Origin: an uncultured virus (IMG/VR IMGVR_UViG_3300047474_000681)
Taxonomy: Duplodnaviria > Heunggongvirae > Uroviricota > Caudoviricetes
Virus record (IMG/VR): IMGVR_UViG_3300047474_000681
Direction: 5' to 3' (one strand)
Length of the DNA stretch: 64,000 nt
Below, piece by piece: positions 19,750 to 29,529 of this stretch. Position numbers and translations under genes: made by a program. The stretch's first letter is position 1, and the number at the start of each line of letters is the position of its first letter. The notes beneath the pieces were generated by a model. It was given only the letters and a program-made list of their open reading frames with translations. It did no database searches and was not told the DNA's origin.

Positions 19750-20469
19750 TTAAGGAGTTGTAAAAACCTTTTTTCCACTTTTAAAATCATATCTATCAAA
19801 CCCAGGCTTTAGTACTTCGTAATTATATACTGTCCCCGAAGATCCTGTTGGAGGAGGTTCAGTAACAATAGAAGGAGAAGTTGTTTCAGTACTAGGAGTT
19901 GCTGGACCTGCATCCGGTGGTTGATCTTCAGTTTCACTAGTTGTTTTTGTAGTTGTTGTTGTTTCTCCGGTTTTTGTATTTTGTGTTGTTTTTGTTGTTG
20001 TGCCGGCTTCGTTCATTGTTACAGAAGAAGATTCTCCGGGGGGTTCGTTACTAACATCTGGATTAGCTTCAAATATAGGAAGACCTTTATATTCTCCACA
20101 TTTAACAGAGCCCGGCGGCTGGAAAATTTTACTTCTATCACTATTTTCTACTATTTCTGCATTATACTCGTATAATGTACGTATTACATTTCCGTTAATA
20201 GATGCATATGCTATAAAAAATCTATTTTTCATAGTATAAAATGGTTCGCCGTTAACTACTCTAACAAGAGTAGGCATTGTATTTTCCGTTATAGGCTTTG
20301 CAACACTAACAATATCTGCGACAAACTCATCGTATGTTAAATAGGTAATTGTTTCATATTCGTCTAGCCAATACTGACCTTCAGCAGGAAGATTTTCAGA
20401 AGGAGCATCGGCTCCTTTTTGTTGAATGTCTTCTGGTCCTGCATCTGGTGCTAAATCTTGGTATGGCAT
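19750..20469 (-). CDS. Hypothetical protein, Thr/Pro-rich C-terminal half, within baseplate cluster
   Basis: 239-aa ORF with an AAGGA Shine-Dalgarno, co-oriented in the hub operon. Confidence 0.7.
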   Translation of the reverse strand: MPYQDLAPDAGPEDIQQKGADAPSENLPAEGQYWLDEYETITYLTYDEFVADIVSVAKPITENTMPTLVRVVNGEPFYTMKNRFFIAYASINGNVIRTLYEYNAEIVENSDRSKIFQPPGSVKCGEYKGLPIFEANPDVSNEPPGESSSVTMNEAGTTTKTTQNTKTGETTTTTKTTSETEDQPPDAGPATPSTETTSPSIVTEPPPTGSSGTVYNYEVLKPGFDRYDFKSGKKVFTTP

Positions 20470-20525
20470 TTATATTCCTTATACTGTAATTATTTTATTT
20501 AAAAATAGGACTTTCATATGCTGGC

Positions 20526-23500
20526 TTACCCTTCGTTGTTCTGCTGATCTTGGAAGTACTGAAAGCTACCTTCATATCCAACATCTATTGGCGTTCCGCC
20601 AACACTACTATTTGGTACTGTTGGATTAGGAACAAAGCCACCTGTGAGCTCGTTTAACGGATCATAAACGTCAGCTATTGGTACATATAATCCTGTGGTA
20701 GGATCTATTGTATATCCGGGTGGAGTATTCGCCTCTCGAATATCTTGGAAGCTAAGTCCTCCGGCCTCAGTTGGAGTACCAGTTGGTGCATACGGAACTG
20801 TTGGATTAGGAACAAATCCTGATGCAGGTGCTGATATTTGAAAGTGGTCAGGATTGCCTGAAAACCCTACTTGATCTCCTGTAACAGGATTTGTAGCAGT
20901 AACATTTATTGTACCATTAGGGTTAGTAGTTACTGTAGGGCCTGGCGCTGAAGGTCCAAAGGAAGGGGTGCCGCTGGCACCGCCAGCTTGTAATGCATCA
21001 TTTACTGCCGATGATACATTATCTGAAATATCATTAACAGCATTATTAACAAACGTTGATACCGGTGCTGGTGGCTGATAAAATAGATCAGGAAGTTCAG
21101 GGATAGGAGGAACAGCAGGAATTGCCGGAAGTGCAGGAGCTAATGCACCTACATCAAATCCAGAAACAGTAGAAGCAATTTCATCATAATCTGGAAGTGA
21201 GCCAATAACATCTAAATCAAATGCTGGCAATTCTGGTGGATTTATTCCGAATACTTCTGTAGGAAGATCAGGAATATCAACGTCTAGTGCAGGAACTAAC
21301 TTTGCAATATCGTCTACACCAAAAGTTAATTTTTTACTATCGTCACAAACTGCATTATCAAACTCATCCTGGCTAGGTGGTATAGGTGGGTTTGGATTTC
21401 CTGGTTCGCCATCTACAATAATTGGTTTTTCTTTAATGTCTACACCATCATTAACTTCAACAAATGCTTTATTATTAGTAGTTGCAGGATCGTCTTGGCC
21501 TCTACGCCTAATTAATTTAAGGGTTTGGGTAAATTGTCCTCTTGAAAATCTATTAGTAACTGCCCATACAGAAAACAATCCGCTAAAGCCCGGAACTACT
21601 GTAGGCATTTCCATAGTTGCACCTTTTATTTGATAATCAAATGGTGTTTTAAAATTAACTACACAAAATACTTCAGATTGCTGATATGTCATTGTGCCGT
21701 CTTCTGTAGCATTTGGCGAATCGCCAGCAGGTGCAACATAGTTTCCTGTTTCTTGTGGAATAAAGAAAGGATCTCCCATAATTTCCATTTCAGCAGTAAC
21801 CATGTCTAGTGGCAGATTAGTAATCCGATCATGGAACATTTCAGCAATTTGCCTTCTAATATCCGGATTTACTGTTCCTCCGCTTTCTGTACCCAATGCT
21901 GCTGCTTGCTCTATGGGTGCTCCTGCTTCTGTTTTTTGTGTGAGATCAGTATCTTTTGGCGGTGTTGCTGAAGTAGTCGTTTCAGTAACTGCTGTATTTG
22001 TTTTATGATTATCTCCTCTAACTCCGCCTTTGTTCATACCAAAATTAGATAATGCTGTTTGCATGAACGCTTGATTAAAATTAATATCAAAATTTAACAC
22101 ATCTTCATTCTTGCCGGTGTAGATATAATTATATTCTTTTGCAGCAGCTTTTTTTAGACCTTCTGTATTTAGAGGTTTTTGGTTAGTTGATAATACGTGT
22201 GCTTCGTCAACTTCGTATTCAACTACAGAGTATACATATACTTTAGGTGGACGTCCTAATTGATACTCAGTTTCTGCATTTTCATCAATAAAAACTTGTG
22301 TATCAATTTTGTACCATTTGTTTAGACCGTTAGTTGAACCTTCAGTAGCTTTTTCTGCGGCATACTCGCTTTGATTAACTATTTTTTCAATAATTTTAGT
22401 AATTCTTTCACCTTGACCAAATTGATAATCTCTTGCCTTGTCAGATGCTTGAGCTGCTTGAGATGATGCGTCTACTTTTCCGGTGTTAGGATCAATTGCA
22501 CCCGCTGGTTCTGCTTCTGCTTGATTTCCTCCTACATTTGAACTCGTAGTTACTGCACTTATACCAATTGCATTCATTTGGGCTTCATCTTCGGCATATG
22601 TTTTTAAAATAGCAAATGTAGAACTAGCAGCTTTAACTTCTACATTGTTTACTTTATCACCTTGATAAGTTTCACCAGTAAGATCTTTTGTTGATCCTTT
22701 TTGTTCTTTAATAGCATCTTCAACTGTAGTTGTAAATGCTGATTCATCAACTTCATTTTGTTTTAATGCATCAACTAGTGCTGTTCTATCTTTTGGAAAT
22801 ACAATTACATATCTGTCAGACGAAGATATAGCTTCTGAATCTTCTAGAGCTTCAATTTGAGCGTTTATTCCTCCACTTACAGAAGCTATTGATGTTTCTA
22901 AAATTTCATGTACCAATGTCCCAGTAGCTTTAATAGGTGTTTTAACATGATTAACAGTATCTGATAGTCCTGACTCACTCATTGGAACTGCTTTAACTTG
23001 ATAAATGCTTCCTGTTCCTGATACATTAAAATCAACTGTTGTAATTTTAATTGGAATAAAAATAGGACGCTGTAAAAAATTAGCAGATGATTGTCCACCT
23101 TCATTCCAACCTACAAAATCAAACTTTAAACAAAACGGCGCATCTAAATAATTTTGATAACCTGTCTCTCGTGCTATACCTATGATTGCTTCAACAAAAT
23201 TTCCCATTGAATATGGTTCAGTTACTGTAAATGATAAATTTGTTCCCATTGCCACACCAGTATTTGGATTTGGTGCAATAACTGCTTCTAAATCAATATC
23301 ATCAATATAATACTCTGCATGTTCACTTGTGCCGCCGCCGGTTTCATCAAAAACTTGGTAACGTTTGTCTAAGTTTCCGCCGCCGCTTTTTAAAAGAATT
23401 TTAGAAAAGCCGCCGGCGCTTCTATAAGAGCTAGGATTATTATATTCTTGTGGACTTAACACACCTAGTGTAATAATATAATTGTATCCGTTATGATTTC

Positions 23501-23939
23501 TTAACGGGTTTGGTATTCTGCTTGCAGATTCACCAGATGCAGAAAACGGACTTTTATATCCCGTATCTATAAATTCTCCACTAAAGTTTGTTCTGTCTTT
23601 AAGCTGGTCAAATTGCGCTACTAAGGAATCAAATCGTCCGCCTGTTAATCCAATAAGATCAGCTTGTCCCCTAGTAATAATACTAATAGGATCAGAAAGT
23701 ATACTTTTAAAAGTGTCATCGTCGCCAATTATACCGCCTAATGCTTCTCCTACAGCACCTGATAGCCCACTTAATAGACCACGTGTAGCAGTATTAAGAA
23801 AATTATTTCCCTGTGAAATACCAGTTACATCGGATAATGCACTATTAGCTGCATCAGTCGCAGCATTTGAAATATCATTAACAGAATTTGCCGCTGCGTT
23901 TGATACTGTAGTTACCGCAGTTGTTAAAAACTTACTCAT
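20526..23939 (-). CDS. Putative baseplate hub protein (gp27/GPD-like position) with Pro-rich C-terminal extension
   Basis: 1137 aa, between gp53-like and gp5-like genes. Hub-like motifs include AEMEIMGDPFFI and FSGLFSVWAVTNRFSRGQFTQTLKLIR. Confidence 0.65.
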   Translation of the reverse strand: MSKFLTTAVTTVSNAAANSVNDISNAATDAANSALSDVTGISQGNNFLNTATRGLLSGLSGAVGEALGGIIGDDDTFKSILSDPISIITRGQADLIGLTGGRFDSLVAQFDQLKDRTNFSGEFIDTGYKSPFSASGESASRIPNPLRNHNGYNYIITLGVLSPQEYNNPSSYRSAGGFSKILLKSGGGNLDKRYQVFDETGGGTSEHAEYYIDDIDLEAVIAPNPNTGVAMGTNLSFTVTEPYSMGNFVEAIIGIARETGYQNYLDAPFCLKFDFVGWNEGGQSSANFLQRPIFIPIKITTVDFNVSGTGSIYQVKAVPMSESGLSDTVNHVKTPIKATGTLVHEILETSIASVSGGINAQIEALEDSEAISSSDRYVIVFPKDRTALVDALKQNEVDESAFTTTVEDAIKEQKGSTKDLTGETYQGDKVNNVEVKAASSTFAILKTYAEDEAQMNAIGISAVTTSSNVGGNQAEAEPAGAIDPNTGKVDASSQAAQASDKARDYQFGQGERITKIIEKIVNQSEYAAEKATEGSTNGLNKWYKIDTQVFIDENAETEYQLGRPPKVYVYSVVEYEVDEAHVLSTNQKPLNTEGLKKAAAKEYNYIYTGKNEDVLNFDINFNQAFMQTALSNFGMNKGGVRGDNHKTNTAVTETTTSATPPKDTDLTQKTEAGAPIEQAAALGTESGGTVNPDIRRQIAEMFHDRITNLPLDMVTAEMEIMGDPFFIPQETGNYVAPAGDSPNATEDGTMTYQQSEVFCVVNFKTPFDYQIKGATMEMPTVVPGFSGLFSVWAVTNRFSRGQFTQTLKLIRRRGQDDPATTNNKAFVEVNDGVDIKEKPIIVDGEPGNPNPPIPPSQDEFDNAVCDDSKKLTFGVDDIAKLVPALDVDIPDLPTEVFGINPPELPAFDLDVIGSLPDYDEIASTVSGFDVGALAPALPAIPAVPPIPELPDLFYQPPAPVSTFVNNAVNDISDNVSSAVNDALQAGGASGTPSFGPSAPGPTVTTNPNGTINVTATNPVTGDQVGFSGNPDHFQISAPASGFVPNPTVPYAPTGTPTEAGGLSFQDIREANTPPGYTIDPTTGLYVPIADVYDPLNELTGGFVPNPTVPNSSVGGTPIDVGYEGSFQYFQDQQNNEG

Positions 23940-24239
23940 TTACAATCCTAATGTTTGTCTTATTAATTTGTCTTGCGGTAGATAAATTTTAGTTCCTGCA
24001 ATAAAATCAAAAACAGGATCTTTAATAATATCCATATTACGTTGTGCAAAAACCCACCATAACTCTCTTCTTCCATAAGCAACATAAGCTAATAAATCGG
24101 GTCTATAAGTAAATTCAGGCTTAATCTCGTAAAGAACATCATCTGGATGTACAGGAATAGCTCTAGGAGATAAGATATCTAAATACCCTGCTTTGTTAAC
24201 TGTTGTATTGCCATATGGTGATAAACTTTTTGTTTGCAT
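23940..24239 (-). CDS. Baseplate wedge subunit, gp53-like (LysM-related)
   Basis: YRPDLLAYVAYGRRELWWVFAQRNMDIIKDPVFDFIAGTKIYLP is a gp53/LysM-type pattern. Confidence 0.8.
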   Translation of the reverse strand: MQTKSLSPYGNTTVNKAGYLDILSPRAIPVHPDDVLYEIKPEFTYRPDLLAYVAYGRRELWWVFAQRNMDIIKDPVFDFIAGTKIYLPQDKLIRQTLGL

Positions 24240-25066
24240 TAGATAAATCCTTCGTCACCTTGGACGTGGCCGCCTGCTGCATACTCGTTCAAACTAAATC
24301 TTGCTTGCGAACGTCTTGCGTACTGCGGCTGTAATGTTACTGTAATTGTGCTTTGTACTGGGACAAAGTTTTTAATTCCGTTAACGGTACATTCAATATA
24401 ATCACTATCTTGTGGCATATCAGTTGTAAAATTTGTTATAACAACAGGAATATTATTTAGAACATGATCTCCGTAACCATTTAGTCTACAAACAGGTGGC
24501 GGATTACCTAAAGGATCACTTTCTCCATAAAACATTTTTGTAGCAGTTCTTAAAAAGTGTAAACACGCAATCCAATACTTTGCATCGTTTTCATTTTCTT
24601 GGAAAAATTCTCCTGTAATTGTAATAGCATCAACTTGGCTATTTTCATATGCATTATATGCATAATTTGTATGTGTTGGCTGAACTTGTGCATAATTAGC
24701 TGTGTGACTAAACAACACTGACGGGTTAAACGGAAACACCATTCTATTTCCTGTGTTAAATGCCGACGAAGTGCCTGTACTTTCTTTTAATGGACCAAGT
24801 ATATCACCTACTAACAATACCTCAGGAATGCTAATAGCAACTCTCCAGTCACTATCGTTCCTAGTTGATATATCAGATGAAATAATTGCTCGTGTAATAG
24901 TTCGATCACTAATAACTGTATCAAAAAGAAACTGAGCTGTTATTTGTCCAAGGGGTCCTGCGCCTGCGACAGCTGACGTTACTGCATCAACTGCTGCTGA
25001 CGTTGCTGCACTAGCAGCATCTGAGGCTATACTCCTAGCAAAGTTTGCTGCATTAAATTCTGCCAT
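24239..25066 (-). CDS. Putative baseplate/tail-tube initiator (gp48/gp54-like)
   Basis: MVFPFNPSV...ITITGEF...GNPPPVCRLNGYGDHVLNNIPVVITNFTTDMPQDSDY is a tube-fold initiator pattern; first gene of the hub operon. Confidence 0.65.
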   Translation of the reverse strand: MAEFNAANFARSIASDAASAATSAAVDAVTSAVAGAGPLGQITAQFLFDTVISDRTITRAIISSDISTRNDSDWRVAISIPEVLLVGDILGPLKESTGTSSAFNTGNRMVFPFNPSVLFSHTANYAQVQPTHTNYAYNAYENSQVDAITITGEFFQENENDAKYWIACLHFLRTATKMFYGESDPLGNPPPVCRLNGYGDHVLNNIPVVITNFTTDMPQDSDYIECTVNGIKNFVPVQSTITVTLQPQYARRSQARFSLNEYAAGGHVQGDEGFI

Positions 25067-25088
25067 ATTTTTTCTCCAATAACACTAG

Positions 25089-25095
25089 TATTTAG
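25089..25095 (-). promoter_or_regulatory. Late promoter (CTAAATA) for the baseplate operon
   Basis: T4-type TATAAATA variant 22 nt upstream of the ATG at 25066, with a GGAG SD in between. Confidence 0.55.
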
Positions 25096-25129
25096 TTGAC
25101 AAAATTATGTATGTATATTATAATAAATA
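25096..25129 (+). promoter_or_regulatory. Consensus sigma70 promoter with overlapping late-promoter motif upstream of gp55
   Basis: TTGACA 25096-25101, 17-nt spacer, TATAAT 25119-25124; ATAAATA at 25123-25129. Confidence 0.85.
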
Positions 25130-25152
25130 TATTAACCTGGAGCCTAACAATA

Positions 25153-25992
25153 ATGCGAGCAAAAAATTATCTAAACAACAAAGATATCTTAAAAGAAATA
25201 CACAAGTCAAAAAATACATTCAACAGCTATATAGATCCGTCATACGGACAATATGATATTATTCTTCCTGACGTAGAAAAAATTAATATACGTACAATTG
25301 CCGAAGCAAAGCGCAATAAAGCAAAAAAATTGTCAAGTGCAGAGTATGAACGTAGAAAAATGGCAGGTGAAAAAGTAAAACAAGCAGAATGCGAAGTTCC
25401 TTACACTTCGATTACTAAAGAAGAATTAATCTTCCGTGTTATGACGTTTGATCACATTCCGGAAGAGCCCGGAAGAAAGAAAAATCCTAAAACTATTGCA
25501 GATACTAAGGTAAAATTAAATTTCCCTCCATTTAAGCATTATAAATTCGATGACGAAGGAAATTTACAACTAGTTGGTAAGTCACACTGGGAAGGCGGCA
25601 TGGAAAATGGTAGTTTTAATCATAAACACGGTAAAGCAACTGATAAACTTGCAATGATGTGGTTAAAATTAGTGGATCGTTATGCTACCCGTGGCAATGT
25701 TCGTGGATATACTTATAACGATGAAATGAAAGGGCAAGCTATTTTACAATTAACACAAATTGGATTGCAGTTTGATGAGTCAAAGTCAGACAATCCTTTT
25801 GCATATTATACCGCAGCCGTAACAAATTCGTTTGTTAGAGTAATTAACATTGAAAAACGTAATCAAAACATACGCGATGACATTTTAGAAATGAATGACT
25901 TAACGCCAAGCTATACTAGGCAGAACGAAGGCGAATGGGAAGCTAGTGTTAAGCGTAACGAACAAGCTGGCCAGACATCGTTCACTGATTAA
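25153..25992 (+). CDS. Late-transcription sigma factor, T4 gp55-like
   Basis: NYLNNKDIL at the N-terminus and YTYNDEMKGQAILQL...QFDESKSDNPFAYYT. The real start is probably ATG 25153 after a GGAG SD; the track's TTG at 25096 is the -35 box. Confidence 0.88.
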   Translation: MRAKNYLNNKDILKEIHKSKNTFNSYIDPSYGQYDIILPDVEKINIRTIAEAKRNKAKKLSSAEYERRKMAGEKVKQAECEVPYTSITKEELIFRVMTFDHIPEEPGRKKNPKTIADTKVKLNFPPFKHYKFDDEGNLQLVGKSHWEGGMENGSFNHKHGKATDKLAMMWLKLVDRYATRGNVRGYTYNDEMKGQAILQLTQIGLQFDESKSDNPFAYYTAAVTNSFVRVINIEKRNQNIRDDILEMNDLTPSYTRQNEGEWEASVKRNEQAGQTSFTD

Positions 25993-25995
25993 TGG

Positions 25996-26024
25996 TTGAC
26001 ACCCTCCTAAATTTATAGTATAAT
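25996..26024 (+). promoter_or_regulatory. Consensus sigma70 promoter for gp47/gp46
   Basis: TTGACA 25996-26001, 17-nt spacer, TATAAT 26019-26024. Confidence 0.85.
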
Positions 26025-26053
26025 ATACAAGCTAACTATGGAGAAACTTAGAT

Positions 26054-27070
26054 TTGTTTAAAAAGGCAGCGGTTTTTACCGATATCCACTTTGGATTAAA
26101 AGGAAACAGTCGTATTCACAACGACGACTGTGAAGACTTTATCGACTGGTACATTGATCAAGCAAAAACTGCTGGTTGTGAAACTGGTATTTTCTGCGGA
26201 GATTGGCATCATAATAGAAATAGTCTCAATCTTACAACTATGGATGCTACTATACGTAGTTTAGAGAAACTTGGTAAAGCATTTGACAAGTTTTACATGT
26301 TTGTAGGCAATCATGATCTATATTACAAGGACAAACGCGATGTAAGTTCAACTATATTTGGTAAACACATCGACGGTATTACTTTTGTAGATGAAATTTA
26401 CGAAGAAGAAGACGTTGCGCTCGTACCTTGGTTAGTAGGAGACGAATGGAAGAAGATGAGCAACATCAAAGCAAAGTATTTGTTTGGTCATTTTGAACTT
26501 CCTAGCTTTTATATGAACGCATTAGTTAGAATGCCAGACCACGGTGACCTAAAGCCTGAGCATTTTAAGCATCAAGAGTACGTCTTTAGTGGACATTTTC
26601 ATAAAAGACAGAAGCAAGGTGCTATACACTACATTGGCAACGCATTTCCGCATAATTATGCTGATGTAGGTGATGACGATCGTGGTATGATGATACTAGA
26701 CCGTGAAAACAATGCAGAACCAGAATATATCAACTGGCCAGATTGTCCTAAGTACCGTACTGTTACCTTATCAAAGCTATTAGACAACACAGATGAACTT
26801 ATAAAACCTAAAATGTATCTACGTGTTACATTAGACTTGCCTATTAGTTATGAAGAAGCTAATTTTATTAAAGAAACATTCATTACACAGTATAATGTGA
26901 GAGAATTAACGCTAATACCGCAGAAGCAGATAGAAGAAATTACAACAGACTTAGATATTTCTACTTTTGAAAGCGTAGATGAAATAGTATCTAAAGAAAT
27001 TGCTGCACTTGACACAGAAAACTTCAACAAAAAAATGTTGTTAGACATCTATAATGGAATAGAACACTAA
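26054..27070 (+). CDS. Recombination nuclease, gp47/Mre11/SbcD-like
   Basis: Metallophosphoesterase motifs DIHFG, GDWHH, GNHD and SGHFH; TTG start after a GGAG SD. Confidence 0.93.
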   Translation: MFKKAAVFTDIHFGLKGNSRIHNDDCEDFIDWYIDQAKTAGCETGIFCGDWHHNRNSLNLTTMDATIRSLEKLGKAFDKFYMFVGNHDLYYKDKRDVSSTIFGKHIDGITFVDEIYEEEDVALVPWLVGDEWKKMSNIKAKYLFGHFELPSFYMNALVRMPDHGDLKPEHFKHQEYVFSGHFHKRQKQGAIHYIGNAFPHNYADVGDDDRGMMILDRENNAEPEYINWPDCPKYRTVTLSKLLDNTDELIKPKMYLRVTLDLPISYEEANFIKETFITQYNVRELTLIPQKQIEEITTDLDISTFESVDEIVSKEIAALDTENFNKKMLLDIYNGIEH

Positions 27071-27072
27071 AC

Positions 27073-28842
27073 ATGATACGAATTAAAGACCTAACCGTAA
27101 AAAACTTTATGAGTGTGGGTAACCAGACTCAAGCTGTTGACTTTGACAAGGAACAACTAACTCTTGTGCTAGGTGAAAACTTAGATCAAGGCGGTGACGA
27201 CAGTGGATCACGTAATGGTACTGGTAAAACTACTATTATTAACGCACTAAGTTATGCATTGTACGGAAAAGCCCTTACAAATATCAGAGCTAACAACTTA
27301 ATTAATAAGACTAATTCAAAAGGCATGTTAGTTACACTGCAATTTGAGAAAAATAATAACGAGTACCGCATTGAACGTGGGCGCGGTCCTAATTTCTTTA
27401 AATTTTACGTTAACAATCAAGAATCATTAATAGACGAGTCGCAAGGCGATAGTAGACAGACACAAGACGATGTAAACACACTGTTGGGTATGAGTCATGA
27501 CATGTTTAAGCACATTGTTGCACTAAACACTTATACAGAACCGTTTTTGAGTATGCGTACTAATGATCAACGTGCTATTATTGAGCAATTGTTGGGGATT
27601 ACTATACTTTCAGAGAAGGCAGATACTCTTAAAGACCAAGTTAGACAAACTAAGGAAGCAATTACTTCAGAAACACTGAAGATTGAAGCAATACAAACTG
27701 CAAATAGTAAAATTGAAACTACTATTGGTAGTTTGCAAAGTAATCAAAAGGCATGGTTGTCTAAACGTACTTCTGACACTATGCGATTACAAGAAGCAAT
27801 TAACGAATTAGAACATTTAGACATTGATTCTGAACTAGAAGCTCATGAAAAATTACAAAATTGGAATGAACATAATAATGCTATTTTGGCTCTTAGAAAA
27901 GAACTAAGCACGTTGGAACCTGCACTAGTACGTGCCGACAAGTCTGTAGAAAAAGTTAATAAAGACATCTTAGAAATAGAAGATGCAACATGTTATACAT
28001 GCGGACAAGAGCTTCATGCAGATAAAAAAGAAGAAATTAGTTTACGTAAAAGTAAAGAACTAGAAGATGCACTAGCATATCAAACAGAAATTACTGGAAA
28101 AGTAAAAGACGTTACAGTGGCACTTCAAGAGATTGGTGACATTAACGGAAAACCTACAACATACTATGAAACTGCTAAAGAAGCATACGAACATAGACAA
28201 AATGTAGACAGCTTAAAGCAAGCATGGGAGTCAAAAAAGGACGAAGAAGATCCTTATCAAAAGCAAATTGACGAACTTAATAATAGTGCTATACAAGAAA
28301 TTAATTGGAATATTGTAAATGAGCTAACAGACTTTAAAGAACATCAAGAATTTTTATTAAAACTACTTACAAACAAAGACAGTTTCATTCGTAAGAAGAT
28401 TATTGATCAAAACTTAGCATACCTAAACAATAGACTTACATATTATCTTGACAAACTAGGTTTGCCTCATCAAGTACTTTTTCAAAACGATTTGAACGTT
28501 GAGATTACTCAACTAGGACAAGACTTAGACTTTGATAACTTGAGTAGAGGCGAGCGCAATAGATTAATCCTAGGATTAAGTTTTGCATTCCGTGATGTAT
28601 GGGAAAGTTTGTATCAGGGTGTGAACTTATTGTTTATTGACGAACTTATTGACAGTGGTATGGACACTGCTGGAGTTGAAAACTCGTTAGGAGTTCTTAA
28701 AAAGATGGCACGTGAGCGTGAAAAGAACATTTATCTTATCTCGCACAAGGATGAACTTATTGGTCGTGTTAATCACGTACTAAGAGTTGTAAAAGAAAAC
28801 GGATTTACAAGTTATGCAAATGATTTAGATGTCGTGGAATAA
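27073..28842 (+). CDS. Recombination ATPase, gp46/Rad50/SbcC-like
   Basis: Walker A RNGTGKTT, coiled coil with CYTC zinc hook, LSRGE signature, Walker B LFIDE, and ISH. Confidence 0.95.
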   Translation: MIRIKDLTVKNFMSVGNQTQAVDFDKEQLTLVLGENLDQGGDDSGSRNGTGKTTIINALSYALYGKALTNIRANNLINKTNSKGMLVTLQFEKNNNEYRIERGRGPNFFKFYVNNQESLIDESQGDSRQTQDDVNTLLGMSHDMFKHIVALNTYTEPFLSMRTNDQRAIIEQLLGITILSEKADTLKDQVRQTKEAITSETLKIEAIQTANSKIETTIGSLQSNQKAWLSKRTSDTMRLQEAINELEHLDIDSELEAHEKLQNWNEHNNAILALRKELSTLEPALVRADKSVEKVNKDILEIEDATCYTCGQELHADKKEEISLRKSKELEDALAYQTEITGKVKDVTVALQEIGDINGKPTTYYETAKEAYEHRQNVDSLKQAWESKKDEEDPYQKQIDELNNSAIQEINWNIVNELTDFKEHQEFLLKLLTNKDSFIRKKIIDQNLAYLNNRLTYYLDKLGLPHQVLFQNDLNVEITQLGQDLDFDNLSRGERNRLILGLSFAFRDVWESLYQGVNLLFIDELIDSGMDTAGVENSLGVLKKMAREREKNIYLISHKDELIGRVNHVLRVVKENGFTSYANDLDVVE

Positions 28843-28844
28843 TA

Positions 28845-29057
28845 ATGAATGATGAAGATGACATTCATGATCAATTAGTGCAAGCATATCTTAAATATTT
28901 TGAAGCAAGTGAACGCTTTGAAAGACAAAATAGTGTGCGAACACATCGAGAAGTGCGTAAATGTTTAAGAGACATACGCACTTTAGCAAAAGATCGTTCA
29001 GATGAAGTTCATCATTTGCACATGAGTACAAGGAAAACCAAAACAGGCGAAGAATAA
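28845..29057 (+). CDS. Small helical protein, possibly Hc1 (histone H1-like) type DNA-binding hairpin
   Basis: 70 aa; FERQNSVRTHREVRKCLRDIRTLAKDRSDEV resembles the Hc1-type helix pattern. Recognised by eye only. Confidence 0.45.
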   Translation: MNDEDDIHDQLVQAYLKYFEASERFERQNSVRTHREVRKCLRDIRTLAKDRSDEVHHLHMSTRKTKTGEE

Positions 29058-29079
29058 CTAAGGCAGCGGTAAGTAATAG

Positions 29080-29529
29080 ATGCAATGGACTTACCAAGGA
29101 AAAACAATTGACCAAATACCAGATGAGTACGAAGGTTTTGTTTATCTTATTACTAATACCATTACAAATCAAAAATACGTAGGCAAAAAACTAGCAAAAT
29201 TTAAAACTACAAAGCCACCACTCAAAGGCAAAAAAAATAAAAGGCGTGGAACAAAAGAAAGCGACTGGCGAGACTATTGGGGTAGCTCAGATAGACTAAA
29301 TGCAGACGTTGCAGAACTTGGTCCAGAGAACTTTACAAGAGAAATTCTATACCTATGCAAAGGCAGGGGCGAGATGTCCTATATCGAGGCACGAGAGCAG
29401 TTTGATAGACGAGTACTTGAAACAGATGATTACTACAATGGAATCATTAATGTTAGAGTAGGCGGCTCAGACAAACTCAAACAGGCATTGCTAGAACACC
29501 ATATCAAGGCAAAACAATCTAACACATAA
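29080..29529 (+). CDS. GIY-YIG family endonuclease (T4 EndoII/Seg-like)
   Basis: GFVYLITN...KYVGKK, YWGSS, FTREIL...E and YYN motifs; single compact domain of 149 aa. Confidence 0.85.
   Translation: MQWTYQGKTIDQIPDEYEGFVYLITNTITNQKYVGKKLAKFKTTKPPLKGKKNKRRGTKESDWRDYWGSSDRLNADVAELGPENFTREILYLCKGRGEMSYIEAREQFDRRVLETDDYYNGIINVRVGGSDKLKQALLEHHIKAKQSNT

Noticed and set aside
25096..25152. Track start of gp55 at TTG 25096
   Set aside because: That TTG is the -35 hexamer; the SD-preceded ATG at 25153 fits the gp55 N-terminus.
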